Below, piece after piece: positions 10,762 through 22,280 of a stretch of 64,000 nucleotides of DNA. Origin of the DNA: Lepidodermella squamata (Eukaryota > Animalia > Gastrotricha); assembly GCA_047495785.1 (NCBI GenBank), contig JBLDXI010000015.1, forward strand, positions 1,860,001-1,924,000, written 5' to 3'. A model generated the notes under the pieces. That model had not been told where the DNA came from and ran no database searches. It saw only the letters and a list, made by a program, of their open reading frames with translations. Both the position numbers and the translations under genes were made by a program. Position 1 is the stretch's first letter. The number at the start of each line of letters is the position of its first letter.

Positions 10762-13086
10762 ATGCTTTACGTATTTGATGTCATATCTGGCAAATTTCTG
10801 GGCTTTGAAAGGAGTGCTTCTTTAGCTAATGTCGCCGACTTGCGAGCTGCGATTGAACGGGCCACTGGTCTGCTCGTTAATAATCAAATCCTCTTAGCTT
10901 GTGGTGGCCAGGTGCCTCTAAGCGAAAATCCTGTCGATATGTACGACGTTGGCTCCGAAGATAATCCTTACTTCTTATTTGCCAGACCAGCGCTTGTTGC
11001 CAGTAGCACTGATCTGGGGAGGTCATTTTCTAGCCCTGAAGACTTGATGCCTCCTCCAACTTCTACTTCCGGAACCCACTTACTGACGACTGCTGAGCAA
11101 CTTGTTCATGCCCAGCACCTGCAGCATCAGGGTTGGCAAGCTGCAGTTGGAAATCTGAGCGATGTGACCACCAATGTGAGAAATGCTGCTGTTCTTCTGC
11201 GAAAGCGGATAGAAGGGTTACAAAATGACGAAACCAGGCTTTCGTCTGTCGAATGTATTAGTGTGGAAGAGGACGGTGCCGCCGTCGAGGATATCATTCA
11301 GAGGCTTCAAATTGCCTCTAATTTGCTAAAGAAATTACCTCTGCCTGAATCTATGAAGCGAGAGGCATTAGAAAATGTTTGTGATTTGCTCACGAGTCGA
11401 GTTGGAATGTCTTGTTCAGCTGTGATTGATGAACTTCAAAACACCAAGGATACCTTGAAAGATGCGTTTTCACTTCTTGACACGTTCGAAAAATGGGCGC
11501 ACGAAGGTGAACGTACTGATATGCGCGAAATCATTGGTCTGACTGATCGATTGGGCCATCTTGATCAGCTGTTAAACAACGCTCGTCTTCATTATGCTGC
11601 TGGTGGTGTATCAACGTCTCCCCCTCGATTCACCGGTGCCTCCTCTCCACCCACAAATTTTGTCTCCCGCCCGCTTAGCGACGTCGTCGCCCGATGTGCT
11701 GCGGCGGCTGCCGAGTTGCGTAATAACCTAAATCAGCGAGTTGAGTGGCTAAGTGTTGTTCAGTCGCGCTTGGCGCGTTGTGCTGCCCATTTCGTGATCA
11801 CGAGTGCTACTATTCGGCGACGCCACAAGGCAATACGTAACTCTCTTATTTTTGTATCAGCTCCCCCATTTTATGTCAAACTCGCCCTGGCCCAGCATGC
11901 ATGCAACTCATCGTTGTTCATGTCGTGTGTGCCATGCCCAATTCATTCGCAAGTATCTGTTTCTTGCGACTCAACTTCTGTTCAAACAGCCTTTACTCAC
12001 CCACTTTCGACATTGTTCGTAACAAGCGATTCAAAACGACAGCAAGCGTTGTCTCACTCTCATAATCTAGCCGATGCTCATCAAGTTATCTTCACAACAG
12101 CCGATTTAGCCGCGATTCAAAATGCTGTGCCTTCATTGTTCGCTGATCAACAGAGCAAGATACCGAAAAAAGATATACATAAGAAGCCAACTACTGGCAC
12201 CGCCGAAACTTCGACTGATAAACAAGCTGAAATACTGGATTTGGCTCTGAAGGTTAAGAATGCTCTCGCATCGGATCGAGTCGCGTTGACTGAAATTCGA
12301 ACGTCAATCGCTACGAATTTTTTATCCTCTTCGCAACTGCTGGATGAATGCAAACGTGTTCTCGAGAAAGTTCTGTCAGAAAATTTGGCCGAGAGCCAAG
12401 TGGGTCAAAAAAGTCCGGCCAAGCCTGAGACACAAGACGCGGCAATTGCAACTGAGGAGATCAGCGAGCCAGCTGCTGCTGAGAATTCCTCAAAAACTGC
12501 TAACGCGGAGGTCGTCCCGCAAACTCCTACGGCTTCGCGCCCTCAAGCTCGGCTGAACATTGCGCTTTCCGGCATTTCTACCGGCGATCTCGTGATAGTA
12601 ACATGGTCAGACGAACTAGACCAGCCGGTTATACTCACTATTTCGCCAGTGCCTCATTTGATTCATCAAGATTCGATCGATGCACTGTCTCAGGCAGTTC
12701 CTCAAAACCCGATTTTGTCCTGGCTGGGTAATAACGAGCTGATTATCGGCCAGTCACCGCCCCCACCCACTCAGTCGCCTACACCAGGTGCTAGTTCATC
12801 GTCGAACCGGCCGGCCTGGTTTCAGCCGCCGAATCACTACCGCCTAGCTGAGGTTATCGAAAAACAGCATTGCCAAGTTCGCCGAGCCAGTAATCGATAC
12901 CGACTTGCAGTCAATACGCGATTTTTCCGCCTCAGGGTCAGGCCGGTTTGCGTCGAGCCAGCCATGTCTTCAGCAGTTTCAGCGCCGTCTCTCAATACTG
13001 TTGGCTTGAATATAAATTTGGCGACACATGAGGAGCGCCGACCTAGTATCGATAGTGAACAAGTATTAGCCGGTACTTCGCCGTGA
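10762..13086 (+). CDS. RB1CC1: RB1CC1/FIP200 (Atg11/Atg17-like autophagy scaffold), compact single-exon form
   Basis: N-terminal MLYVFDV ubiquitin-like region with NPYFLF, QHLQHQGWQAAVGNL, C-terminal Claw-like GDLVIV...EKQHCQVRRASNRYRL..TRFFRLRVRP. Confidence 0.85.
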   Translation: MLYVFDVISGKFLGFERSASLANVADLRAAIERATGLLVNNQILLACGGQVPLSENPVDMYDVGSEDNPYFLFARPALVASSTDLGRSFSSPEDLMPPPTSTSGTHLLTTAEQLVHAQHLQHQGWQAAVGNLSDVTTNVRNAAVLLRKRIEGLQNDETRLSSVECISVEEDGAAVEDIIQRLQIASNLLKKLPLPESMKREALENVCDLLTSRVGMSCSAVIDELQNTKDTLKDAFSLLDTFEKWAHEGERTDMREIIGLTDRLGHLDQLLNNARLHYAAGGVSTSPPRFTGASSPPTNFVSRPLSDVVARCAAAAAELRNNLNQRVEWLSVVQSRLARCAAHFVITSATIRRRHKAIRNSLIFVSAPPFYVKLALAQHACNSSLFMSCVPCPIHSQVSVSCDSTSVQTAFTHPLSTLFVTSDSKRQQALSHSHNLADAHQVIFTTADLAAIQNAVPSLFADQQSKIPKKDIHKKPTTGTAETSTDKQAEILDLALKVKNALASDRVALTEIRTSIATNFLSSSQLLDECKRVLEKVLSENLAESQVGQKSPAKPETQDAAIATEEISEPAAAENSSKTANAEVVPQTPTASRPQARLNIALSGISTGDLVIVTWSDELDQPVILTISPVPHLIHQDSIDALSQAVPQNPILSWLGNNELIIGQSPPPPTQSPTPGASSSSNRPAWFQPPNHYRLAEVIEKQHCQVRRASNRYRLAVNTRFFRLRVRPVCVEPAMSSAVSAPSLNTVGLNINLATHEERRPSIDSEQVLAGTSP

Positions 13087-13468
13087 TTTCATCAAAAATA
13101 ATTCAAGTTAAAAATGAATAAACAAAAATAATAATAATAATCAATTACTTTCTTATGACTGTATGATTTTATTTGTGGTATGTTTTTTCTTCGGTTTATC
13201 GGCCTTCTCCTGAAACCTTTGTCATGGCCATTAATAAGTCTCGGAGTTTGTATCGAAAATAAATATCCGAAGACGGGTCAGTCCTCCTTGAAGTATCATG
13301 AGGTTGCAATATTTTGTACGAAATCTGTTCAGTAGTGCGCCGTAAAATTATAAAATCAGAAGACGTAGCAATGAAGGTGTTTTACTTGAGAAAATAATAA
13401 ATGTTTGATAAAAGTGAGGCATGAATAATTTGTTAATTTTTTTCAATTTTAGTAGGAATTTTATTGAA

Positions 13469-14525
13469 ATGCTTATTGACGAGTTCCTACGCGAGTCGAA
13501 TCGCCTAAAATCGTTCGACATTTTCGACTGGCCGCTCAAGCGTAACATGCATGCGAAAGGTCTTGCCAAAGCCGGATTTTACTACTACGGCGATGCTGAT
13601 CGGGTTCAATGCGCATTTTGTAACGGCATTCTCGGTGATTGGGAGGAAGACGACCTGCCTATGTACCAGCATCGCAAATTCTACCCGCACTGCCCGTTTC
13701 TGAACGACCCATACGGGTGTGGAAATGTTGCTCTGATCGAACGTTCTTCGTCTCATAAACACCTCAATCTCCCGTTTCCGATGGAAGCTGATAAACTAGG
13801 CAAATTTCTAGGTATCGGTAAGAAAAAGCCGGCGAAAAAGTTGACATTCTGCCTACCCGGTGAGGGCGAAGATGGTGGTAAAAACTCGCTATTTGCCTAC
13901 CGACCGACCCATCCTGATATGGCTAGTTACGAGAAGCGGGTAAAGACTTTCCGTAAAAATCACGCGTGGCCTATGGTTACTATGACAACTCTTCCAGCTG
14001 AGCATCTCGCCGAAGCAGGGTAAGCGTTTAAAGCCATTTTAATCAAAAAATTGCTCGAATAGTTATTTATTCCGTTTTAAAGCGAATTTAAAAAAAATCG
14101 TGTAAATTTTTTGAATTTCTGGGTATTTTTCGAGAATTTTTTATAAATCCAATTTTAGCATTTTAGGCTGGATTTTTTATTCTTTTTTCCTGTTTACTGA
14201 AGGCTTTAATATTTTTGCAAACAGCTTCTTTTATTCGGGATCGGCCGACGTTGTTTGTTGTTTCTTCTGCAACGGCACTCTATCTCGATGGCTGCCAAAT
14301 GACGATGCGTGGGCCGAGCATGCTAAGTGGTACCCGCGCTGTTTGCACTTGCAACTCGTAAAAGGCTCCGAGTACGTCAATGCTATCCGGCAAAAATGGA
14401 ACCGGCCACCGTGCGATTTTTCAACGCTTTCAAGTCAAGACAGCGCGGCATCGTCCTCAGTTAGCAAAGTCAGCCATTTATACAATTACGAAGGCGGGAG
14501 AGTTACTCGCGTGTCTCAATTGTGA
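13469..14525 (+). CDS. Inhibitor of apoptosis protein with two BIR domains, no RING (exons 13469-14019, 14225-14525)
   Basis: LAKAGFYY.G..DRVQCAFC...W...H...PHCPF; the second BIR LAEAG|FFYSGSADVVCCFFC...W...AWAEHAKWYPRC is joined across a GT-AG intron. Confidence 0.88.
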
Positions 14526-15208
14526 ACAAACTTTCTTCAACTGCCAGATTTTACGCAATATTACTTTTTAGCTCGAAAATTTTGACGAACGAGGGATCTC
14601 TTTTAAATCAATTTATTTTATCTCTGTTTTGATGGAAGTGCGAGGAAGCGAAGTGTTAATAATTTGCCGTCGATAAGTCTATTTATCCACCTTAAATATG
14701 ATTCCGGTAATCTTATGACGCGTGAAACACCATCTGCCCGTTTGATTTTTTTTATTGTTGAATTTTCTAGATAGCTTCTAACTAAATTTCGCGAAAATGG
14801 TTCTTCTCCGGTTGTTTTATTGACCTATAGAAAGAGCGGCTATATATCAATACAGTATTGGACCAGTGATTCCTATATATTTTTGAGAGAAATTCGTTAA
14901 CAAGGCAATTTTTATAGTTAAATTTGTTTTTGAATGCATACCCTTTTTCTAGCTTCAGACTGTTATTTCAATCCTGTGACTGGAACCCATGTTTCAATGG
15001 CATTTCAATCATATTTGTATAATGTTATATTTTTTCTCGGTTAAAACAAATCTGTCGACCCGGCTTTATTCTTTTGTATTGTCTTATTTCGGATTAATAA
15101 ATTGTGCCATTTTTATAAAAGCCTAGAAAAAATTCAGAAAAATGGTTGAAAATTATTGAATTTAATTTGGGATTTTTTGGAATTTTTTTAGATGATATTA
15201 TAATATTT

Positions 15209-17417
15209 ATGCCAATGTCCGCGAGAACAAGCGCTGTGGAACGTGAGGCGTCAACCGGCGATGAAAACACGCCGTCTGGCCCGCAAAAGCACGATCCGGT
15301 GATAGACGAGCTGCGAAGTCTGCTGAAAGGCAAAGGCCTGCCCCGCGCCAAAATCGAATCGGTCGATGGCACAATCGAACAGCCGATGATGTCGCGGAGT
15401 AACAACGTCGACGAACAACGCGAACCAGCCGAGGCGAAGCTACCTGTCGTACTAAGAAAATCCGTTGCTTACATTGTCGGCGTTGTAGTAACCGACCCGG
15501 ATAACAACCACGTGTTGATGATTCAAGAGGCGAAACCGGATTGCCACGGTTTGTGGTACCTGCCCGCTGGCCGGGTCGAGCGGAACGAACGGTTGGTTGA
15601 TGCGGCGAAACGGGAGACCCTCGAAGAGTCCGGCATGCAATTGGAGGCGAAAACCCTGGTCGCTGTTGAAATGTCGCATCGCGGCTGGTTTCGGTTCATT
15701 TTCTCCGGCGAATTGCGCGGCGGGCGGTTGAAAAGCACGTCCGAGGCGAATCACGACAGCATCCAGGCCGCATGGCTGCCCATTGATTCGCTGCTGAAGC
15801 GGGCTGATAAGCACCATCGGTTGCGCTCGAATGATATTTTGTGGCTGTTGGAGGTTGTACCCGATGTTGTTCGGCAGGTTATTCGTGAAAGGCGATCGCC
15901 TGCCCTCCTGCCGATTAACCGAGGCAGGGATCGCCTCTACCTGTGTTGTGTCCTGGCTTTCCGTGAAGAGTAAGCGATTTTATATTAATTTAAGTGTATA
16001 GCTAATATTTTGGGGGTTCATTTAAAATCTCTGAGTAAATGTTTACATTTCGGTTAGCTAAACCTTATTGTGAAACTTGGTAAAACGTTTATTTCGATCA
16101 ACTTTAATTATGGGGGAAAATGGGCTAATCGGAACCGAATTTCTAGAAATTAGGTTATCCAAACTGTTGAAACCTCGGAGCGAACAACGTCATCCTCGGT
16201 TTACGTTTGAAAGACCTCTATTTTGAACTATACATAAATTATTTGTACACTTTTACCGGATGTTGGGGCCTGGGCCCCCGGGTTCTGTATACAAATACGC
16301 TTGATCAATAAGCTACGGCACGAGTTGATGCACACTCGTCCTAATAGTAGTTCATAATTTTTTGCTCGCTTCATCTTTGCCAAATCGATTAATAGTGACA
16401 AATGAGTCATAAAAGGTATCTTGTCACGTGGCATCATGAGCTTAAGCATACAGCTTAATTTTATGCTGCTGAATCTAATATCGGAGCAACTAATTGAATT
16501 TAGAGTGAATTCACAAGAAATGTTATCCATTCACTCCATCTTATCGAAAGAAATCGAATAGATGCGATAATAGCTGCATCTGGAATATTATTGACTGACG
16601 CGGTTGCTCGTTGCAATCTTAGAGAACAGACGCTAAAACCAGCCATTTAAAAAAAATTCGTTAAAAAATAAATAGATTTTTTCCAAGTTTGTCAAACGGA
16701 ATATTTTACAAGAAACAATTGTTGCCTTGGTGGTTATATTGATTGATATAATGAACTTCATTCATCGAACTTTTAGTAAAATGTGGTACGTTAAAACTCG
16801 ATGCACGTGCTAGTTCGACCTATACATAACCAATTGATCGATCTTCGAAGCTCCTTTAGAGTTCTAATCTGAGATAAGACAATTTCTAAACCAATACTAA
16901 TCCATCTTAAAACCTGAAAACCTTTTAAGTTTTATTTTCTTCGATTAAAATAACTATTAATCGAATTAAATTTGCGTTTTGTTCTTTTTTTAGGGGTAAC
17001 TTGTACGTGCTAGCCAGTGTTCATTCCGGTCGCCACCTGCCTGTCTGCCTCATTTCGCCGAGAGATGCTGCTCTGTACTCGCCTCTAGATCGTCTGTTGA
17101 AAGACGTCTGGAAGAAAGACTCGCCCGTCATCAGTTACGACCCGGTCGGTCTGCTAGCCATCGAGCACGACCCAGCAGGCGGCGACGGGCTGTTACTAGC
17201 AGTTCTATGCCTGATCACCACCCCGGACCGGCGTTTGCCCGCCGTCCGCAGCCGCGACTACCAATGGGTGTCCCTGCCCAGTGCCACTGCCCACGCGCCG
17301 CTTTCTTCGTCGCTGTCCGCCTCGGCGCACCTGGAGGCATCCGCGAACGAGATCGCTGTGCTACTCGATCAAAAACTGAAGAAAATCGACCTCGCGCCTG
17401 TTGTCATCAACGTTTAG
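15209..17417 (+). CDS. NUDT18: Nudix hydrolase 18 (8-oxo-dGDP phosphatase-like), 2 exons (15209-15969, 16994-17417)
   Basis: VLMIQEAK..C.G.WYLPAGRVE and Nudix box GRVERNERLVDAAKRETLEESG, WFRFIF, LRSNDI; in-frame splice GA|gtaag...tag|G. Confidence 0.85.
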
Positions 17418-18108
17418 TGCTCGTCATTTTTTAGTGCTACGTTCGTCATGTTTTGATATGAAAAAATTAACCCAAAGAGTACGAGATAATATGCCTACCA
17501 ACCTGCAGTTATACAGTGAAATTTCGCGTCACTCAGTTTTTCTATAATGCCTATTGTATTGCGATACATCGTGTGATTCATTCGAAAGCTTCGAGAAAAA
17601 ACATGCTATATTCGTATTAATAAATGCTTTATGTTTCTGCACTAAATGCGATATGCAAATAAACACGGTTAATTTTCGAAAAATTTGCTTTATTCTCTTC
17701 AAAATGTTGAATGTGGATAGATTTTTTGGCGAAACTTGTCAAAACTCAGGAATCACTTATTAAATTCTAGATTTTCAAATCAAAATGATAGATTTTAAAT
17801 TGATTTCGGAAACTATTTAGATCGAAGAAAAATTTCACTGCGGCTCACTGAAATATATTGCTTATTAGAATCTCAATGTAGAATTTAGCTAGTAAATTAT
17901 TTTCCCGGTTTTCGAATTATTTTTGTGCTAAATTAAAAAAAAAAGAAGAATTGAGAAGAAAAAAAGAATAAATTCACGCATGAAACAGAGCTTCTGTTTT
18001 TATTGTCATTAATTTCTGGCAGTCGACATCGATGAATTTCACTGATTTTATTCCAACATACTAATTGATAGATTTATTTACAAGAAAAACTGCATTTGCT
18101 ATCGCGAT

Positions 18109-21100
18109 TCAAACTTGGGCCGCAACGTATAGTTCCTCGTCGTGCGGTCCCATGGTGAAGTATTGCTGTTGCGGAGTTTTGGGCGTGGCGCTTTGCTGCT
18201 GCTGCTGTTGCTGATGAAAGTACTGAGCATCGTACTGGCCGTTGTTGCTATCCATTTCGTAACTAACAAACTGCTTCGGATGGCCTCTTTGGTGCCTACT
18301 ATGATGGTGATGGTGATGAAAGTGGTGGTGGTGATGCGGCGGTCGATTTTGAGGCTTGATAGCCATGTTACCGTACTCATCCTCGGCTAAATATTGGCCG
18401 TCGCAAATCGTTGCAAGCCCCGTCGGGGCCAAATTCGGAGTCCTAATACCGGGAGGTATGGCGTATTGCGGTAAAATTTGAGTCTGTTCTGTATAGCTCA
18501 TAGCATCAGGCGGCGGGGGTAGGTAATTCACGTTGTTTTGATCGACTTGGAACGGGACATTTTCGTCGGCGTGACTCGGGGCAACCAGGCCCATTTCCTG
18601 TTCCGGGTCGCCGCACACCATTTCTTGGTCGTAGTCGGGGTCGTCGCTGCTCGACGTTGCGTTGGTTTTGTGGCCGCAAATGCCGCGGCCGGTGCCGTCT
18701 TTCGGCGGGAAGCACCACGCGCACGCGTCAATGTCCCGCGCCCCGTCGGCGATGTACCGCCGGCAGAAGCACAGGATGAAGAAACCGTTCACCGCTGCGT
18801 TCGCCACCGTCATAAAATTTACGAATTCGTTGACGTATCTAGGCAGAAAAATGAAAATAAGTGTTAATATATAATTTGGGAAAATCTTACGCCGGTACCA
18901 AATTTCATTTAATTCAATACCTAACCATTTTATTCGTTTTTTAACTGGTTAGGGTTAGGGTTAGGGTTAGGATTAGGGTTAGGTTAGGGTTAGGGTTAGG
19001 TTAGGGTTAGGTTAGGGTTGAAGACTGGGTCTTCACATTGGGGATTTGGAACTGTTTGGAATAATTTGGTACGGAATTCAATGATGTTTGGTACTGAATT
19101 CAATAATTTGGTAATGATTTCACTATATCCCTATAATTTTGCACCCAGGTAAGGATAAATCTCTGATTTTTGTATCAGAATAGTCTTTTTAAATTTGATC
19201 CATTTTGAAAAGTTTATTTTGGGGTAACCAAAGCCAGTTTGCTGTCGGAAATCGGTATGAAAAAGCCTTACTGGAGGTTGAATTCGAAGTCGAAATTTCC
19301 CAATATAAGGCAAAGAATCGCAATAAATGTTCTTAAAATTTTTACAAGAAATCATTTGAAAATTCTAATTTTATTCGTTGATGAATTTTTTTTTATTTAG
19401 CGATAATTTTTTTTTCGATTAAAAGGACTTTAGCGGAACCAGGTATGGAAACTATTGCTAAGCTCAAATCGCCCAAAAAAATTGAATTTCGATTTGGAAA
19501 AATTACAAAATAGGCTGCTCAGGGTATTTATAGGAATAATTTTTTGAAAATACTTGAGATTGCTTATGTTGAAATTTCAACAAAGTTGTTGATTAATTGA
19601 AAAATCTTGAAAAATGTGGAACCCCAAAATCAAGCCTGGTATAGTTCCAGCACTAAAATTGAATCTCAAGATTTATAATTCTGTACGATTCAATTTGTCT
19701 GTTATCAGGCAAAAGCAATGGATCCCTTTAGCTCGCGTATTTTGCGCTATAAGCGGCCGGGTTATGCTTCAACCTACAGAACCGATATCGATTTCAAGTA
19801 TCGATTTTACAAATCGACTAATTTTTTTATTATCAGAAGTCTTGGAAGCCAATATTCGAAATATTTCTACCTAACTGATAACACCTGGTAGATAAGGTAA
19901 AAAATTCCACCTATCATTTTTACCGATGCTATTCATTCTGAACATTTCCCTTAAATTTGAGCTGGATTCTACATTTTGCATATTTTTTCGCGATTTGAAA
20001 AGTTATTTTTGGTGCGAATATTTTAAAGTTGTCTTTTATCTGAACTTACTTCATGTGAGAATTTTGGTGCGATTCGACGTGCATAAGACTCCATCTGTGA
20101 GGAAAAAAAAAACAGAAATTTTTACTTTTTGTAACCTGTCGATAAATTTCGAAGAAAACTCACTGAATTTTGGCCCATAGCTGAGGCACGTGGCATACAT
20201 AGAAAGTGAAAACAGATAGGAAAAGTGAGCAGTGGATAATGTTCCGATTCTCAACAATCGTTCGCTGTGAATACGTCGGGTTCGGCATGGCTGGCCGGTC
20301 CGCCAAATTCATGCCGCCATTCATGCCACCCGAATTTATCATAATTTGCACCGCATCCGTCACCAGTTGGCCTAAACTCGTCGAGGTCGACTGCAGTTGG
20401 CGCGAAATTTTCGCGATCGCTATTGAAGACGTGACTAACGGTATTCCGGTCTGAAAAATCAGGTGGCCCAACAGGCTGTAGCCGATTCGGTATAACGCTG
20501 TCTGGGACAGCTCGGTTTGCATTAAATGGTAGATAAAAGCGGAGCAATTGGTCTCGGTTCCAATTTTGCCTAACGACAAGATATCGCCTTTATTCTCCCA
20601 GGCGGCTGGGATTGTGTAGACTAGAGCTAGTAGCGCGATGGCTACCAGCGCGAGAACTTCGGTGATTATTACGCGGCATTTCGCTTTCGTCTCAGTTTGA
20701 ACAGCTTCGGCTGTATCTGGCTGTAGCAGTTCGGTGTTCGACGAGCTGCTTCTCGGCATGCTCCTCGACCGGCGCATGTACCGCTTTTGCATTTGCAACT
20801 CTTTAAGCTGCGCCTTTTTAATCCACCGCCAGCAGTCGATGGTGGCCGCCATAACGAACCACGCCATGACTAGGTGAAAGAATTTCGAAAGGGGGTACAG
20901 GTAGAGGAAGGCGCGGATGTAGATGCGCGGCAGCAGGTTGAGGTAGCGCGGGTCCGGCTGGCGAATGTCGCGCGTGATGATGACGATGAGGCAACTGAGC
21001 TGCAGCGCGTCGGCGATGGCGACCGCGCATAGGAAGACGAGGTGCGCGCGGAACACGGCTGCGCGGCACAGCGTGAAGGCGCAGAACGAGTTCAACACCA

Positions 21101-22280
21101 GGCCGACAATCGCCAGCGATAGTCCGCCAAAACCTAAATTGAAAAAAATTATTAGAATGCATCAAATTTTCTGATCAATCATTTTTATGGATATTTTTGA
21201 AAATATTTAAAAAAATGGAAATAACTACCGAAATTGTTAGGAATTGTAAGGAATTGAAAGGAAAGCGATGAATTCTCAATTTGAAAAATTCCATAATTTT
21301 CAATCATTTTTATTGCAATACATAATTTAACCGCGGGGAGAAGGGCTATCAAATGGCATCAAATTTGAAAAACAAAATTGAAGATGAATTTTCATAAATT
21401 TTCAAAAACTCTGGCAAAAGATTCTGGCATTATAATGGTCAGGAATGTCATTTTCCCATCGGATTTTAGAAAAATTTAAGCTTGTTTTGGGCAAGTTTTA
21501 GGTTTGTTCGAGGGAACTGCATCCTCAGCACATTTAGCCGAATATTGAAATAGGAAACTGAAATCAGTCCGGGACACTTTTAAATTAAAAAAATTCCAAA
21601 ACTTAGTAGGACCTTTAGTGGGAAATTTCGATCAAGTCTTGAATTCCAAGAAGTTCTCAGTATATAAGGGGACTTTTTATATCTTAAATACCTATATAAT
21701 GGTGAATTAGGCACTAAATGAATGGATCTTTACTAATAGGAACATATTACAGTTTTTATTTTAGCGCCGAAGCTATTCTTCTAAATTCCGAAAATCGCAT
21801 TCGGATTCGCTTTCCAATTACTCCATGAAAAACTCGAATAGCCCCCGTGAAAAATGTCAAAGCTTCGATGGCTTTTATTAGGAATGTGAGGACTATACGC
21901 CTCTGTAGCAAGTTTTCTTCTCTCCTATCCTATACTAACATTATCTAAGAATGATTTTAATTTACAATTCAAGTGAATTTCGAGAAAATGTTTTAATTTT
22001 CCAAACTTTGACTTTGTATTATAATTTCGCACCTGATCTTAAGAATATCTTTCAAATTACCTGATAAGTAGTGAGTGAAAACTTCGAGGTCGTAGAATCC
22101 TTCCTCGCCGTAGCGAGCTCGTTCCAACTGCGTTTCTTCGTACAAACACTCGTATTCGTCCTGCGATGGGTAATAAGCTGCCGTTTCATTGCCGTCATAC
22201 TCGAGCGCAGACGGCGTTGTTCGTGGTACTAAAGTCTCATTTAGGTGTAAAAACGTCGTCAACGCTGCAGCACTAGTCAT
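18109..22280 (-). CDS. Class A (rhodopsin-like) peptide GPCR, FMRFamide/sex-peptide-receptor-like, 3 exons (22061-22280, 20164-21133, 18109-18838)
   Basis: N-glycosylated N-terminus, GLVLN (TM1), AVAIAD (TM2), YTIP (TM4), GIP (TM5), FYVCHVP (TM6), NAAVN (TM7); splice phases consistent; poly-His and poly-Gln tail. Confidence 0.8.
18894..19116. repeat. Interstitial TTAGGG/TTAGG array (about 18947-19019) flanked by short inverted repeats; probable non-autonomous element
   Basis: About 12 mixed TTAGGG/TTAGG units; left gtaccaaatttcatttaattc mirrored by right gaattcaatgatgtttggtac and gaattcaataatttggta. Confidence 0.75.

Noticed and set aside
18947-19019. True telomere or chromosome end
   Set aside because: Short, degenerate and inside an intron whose flanking exons join in frame
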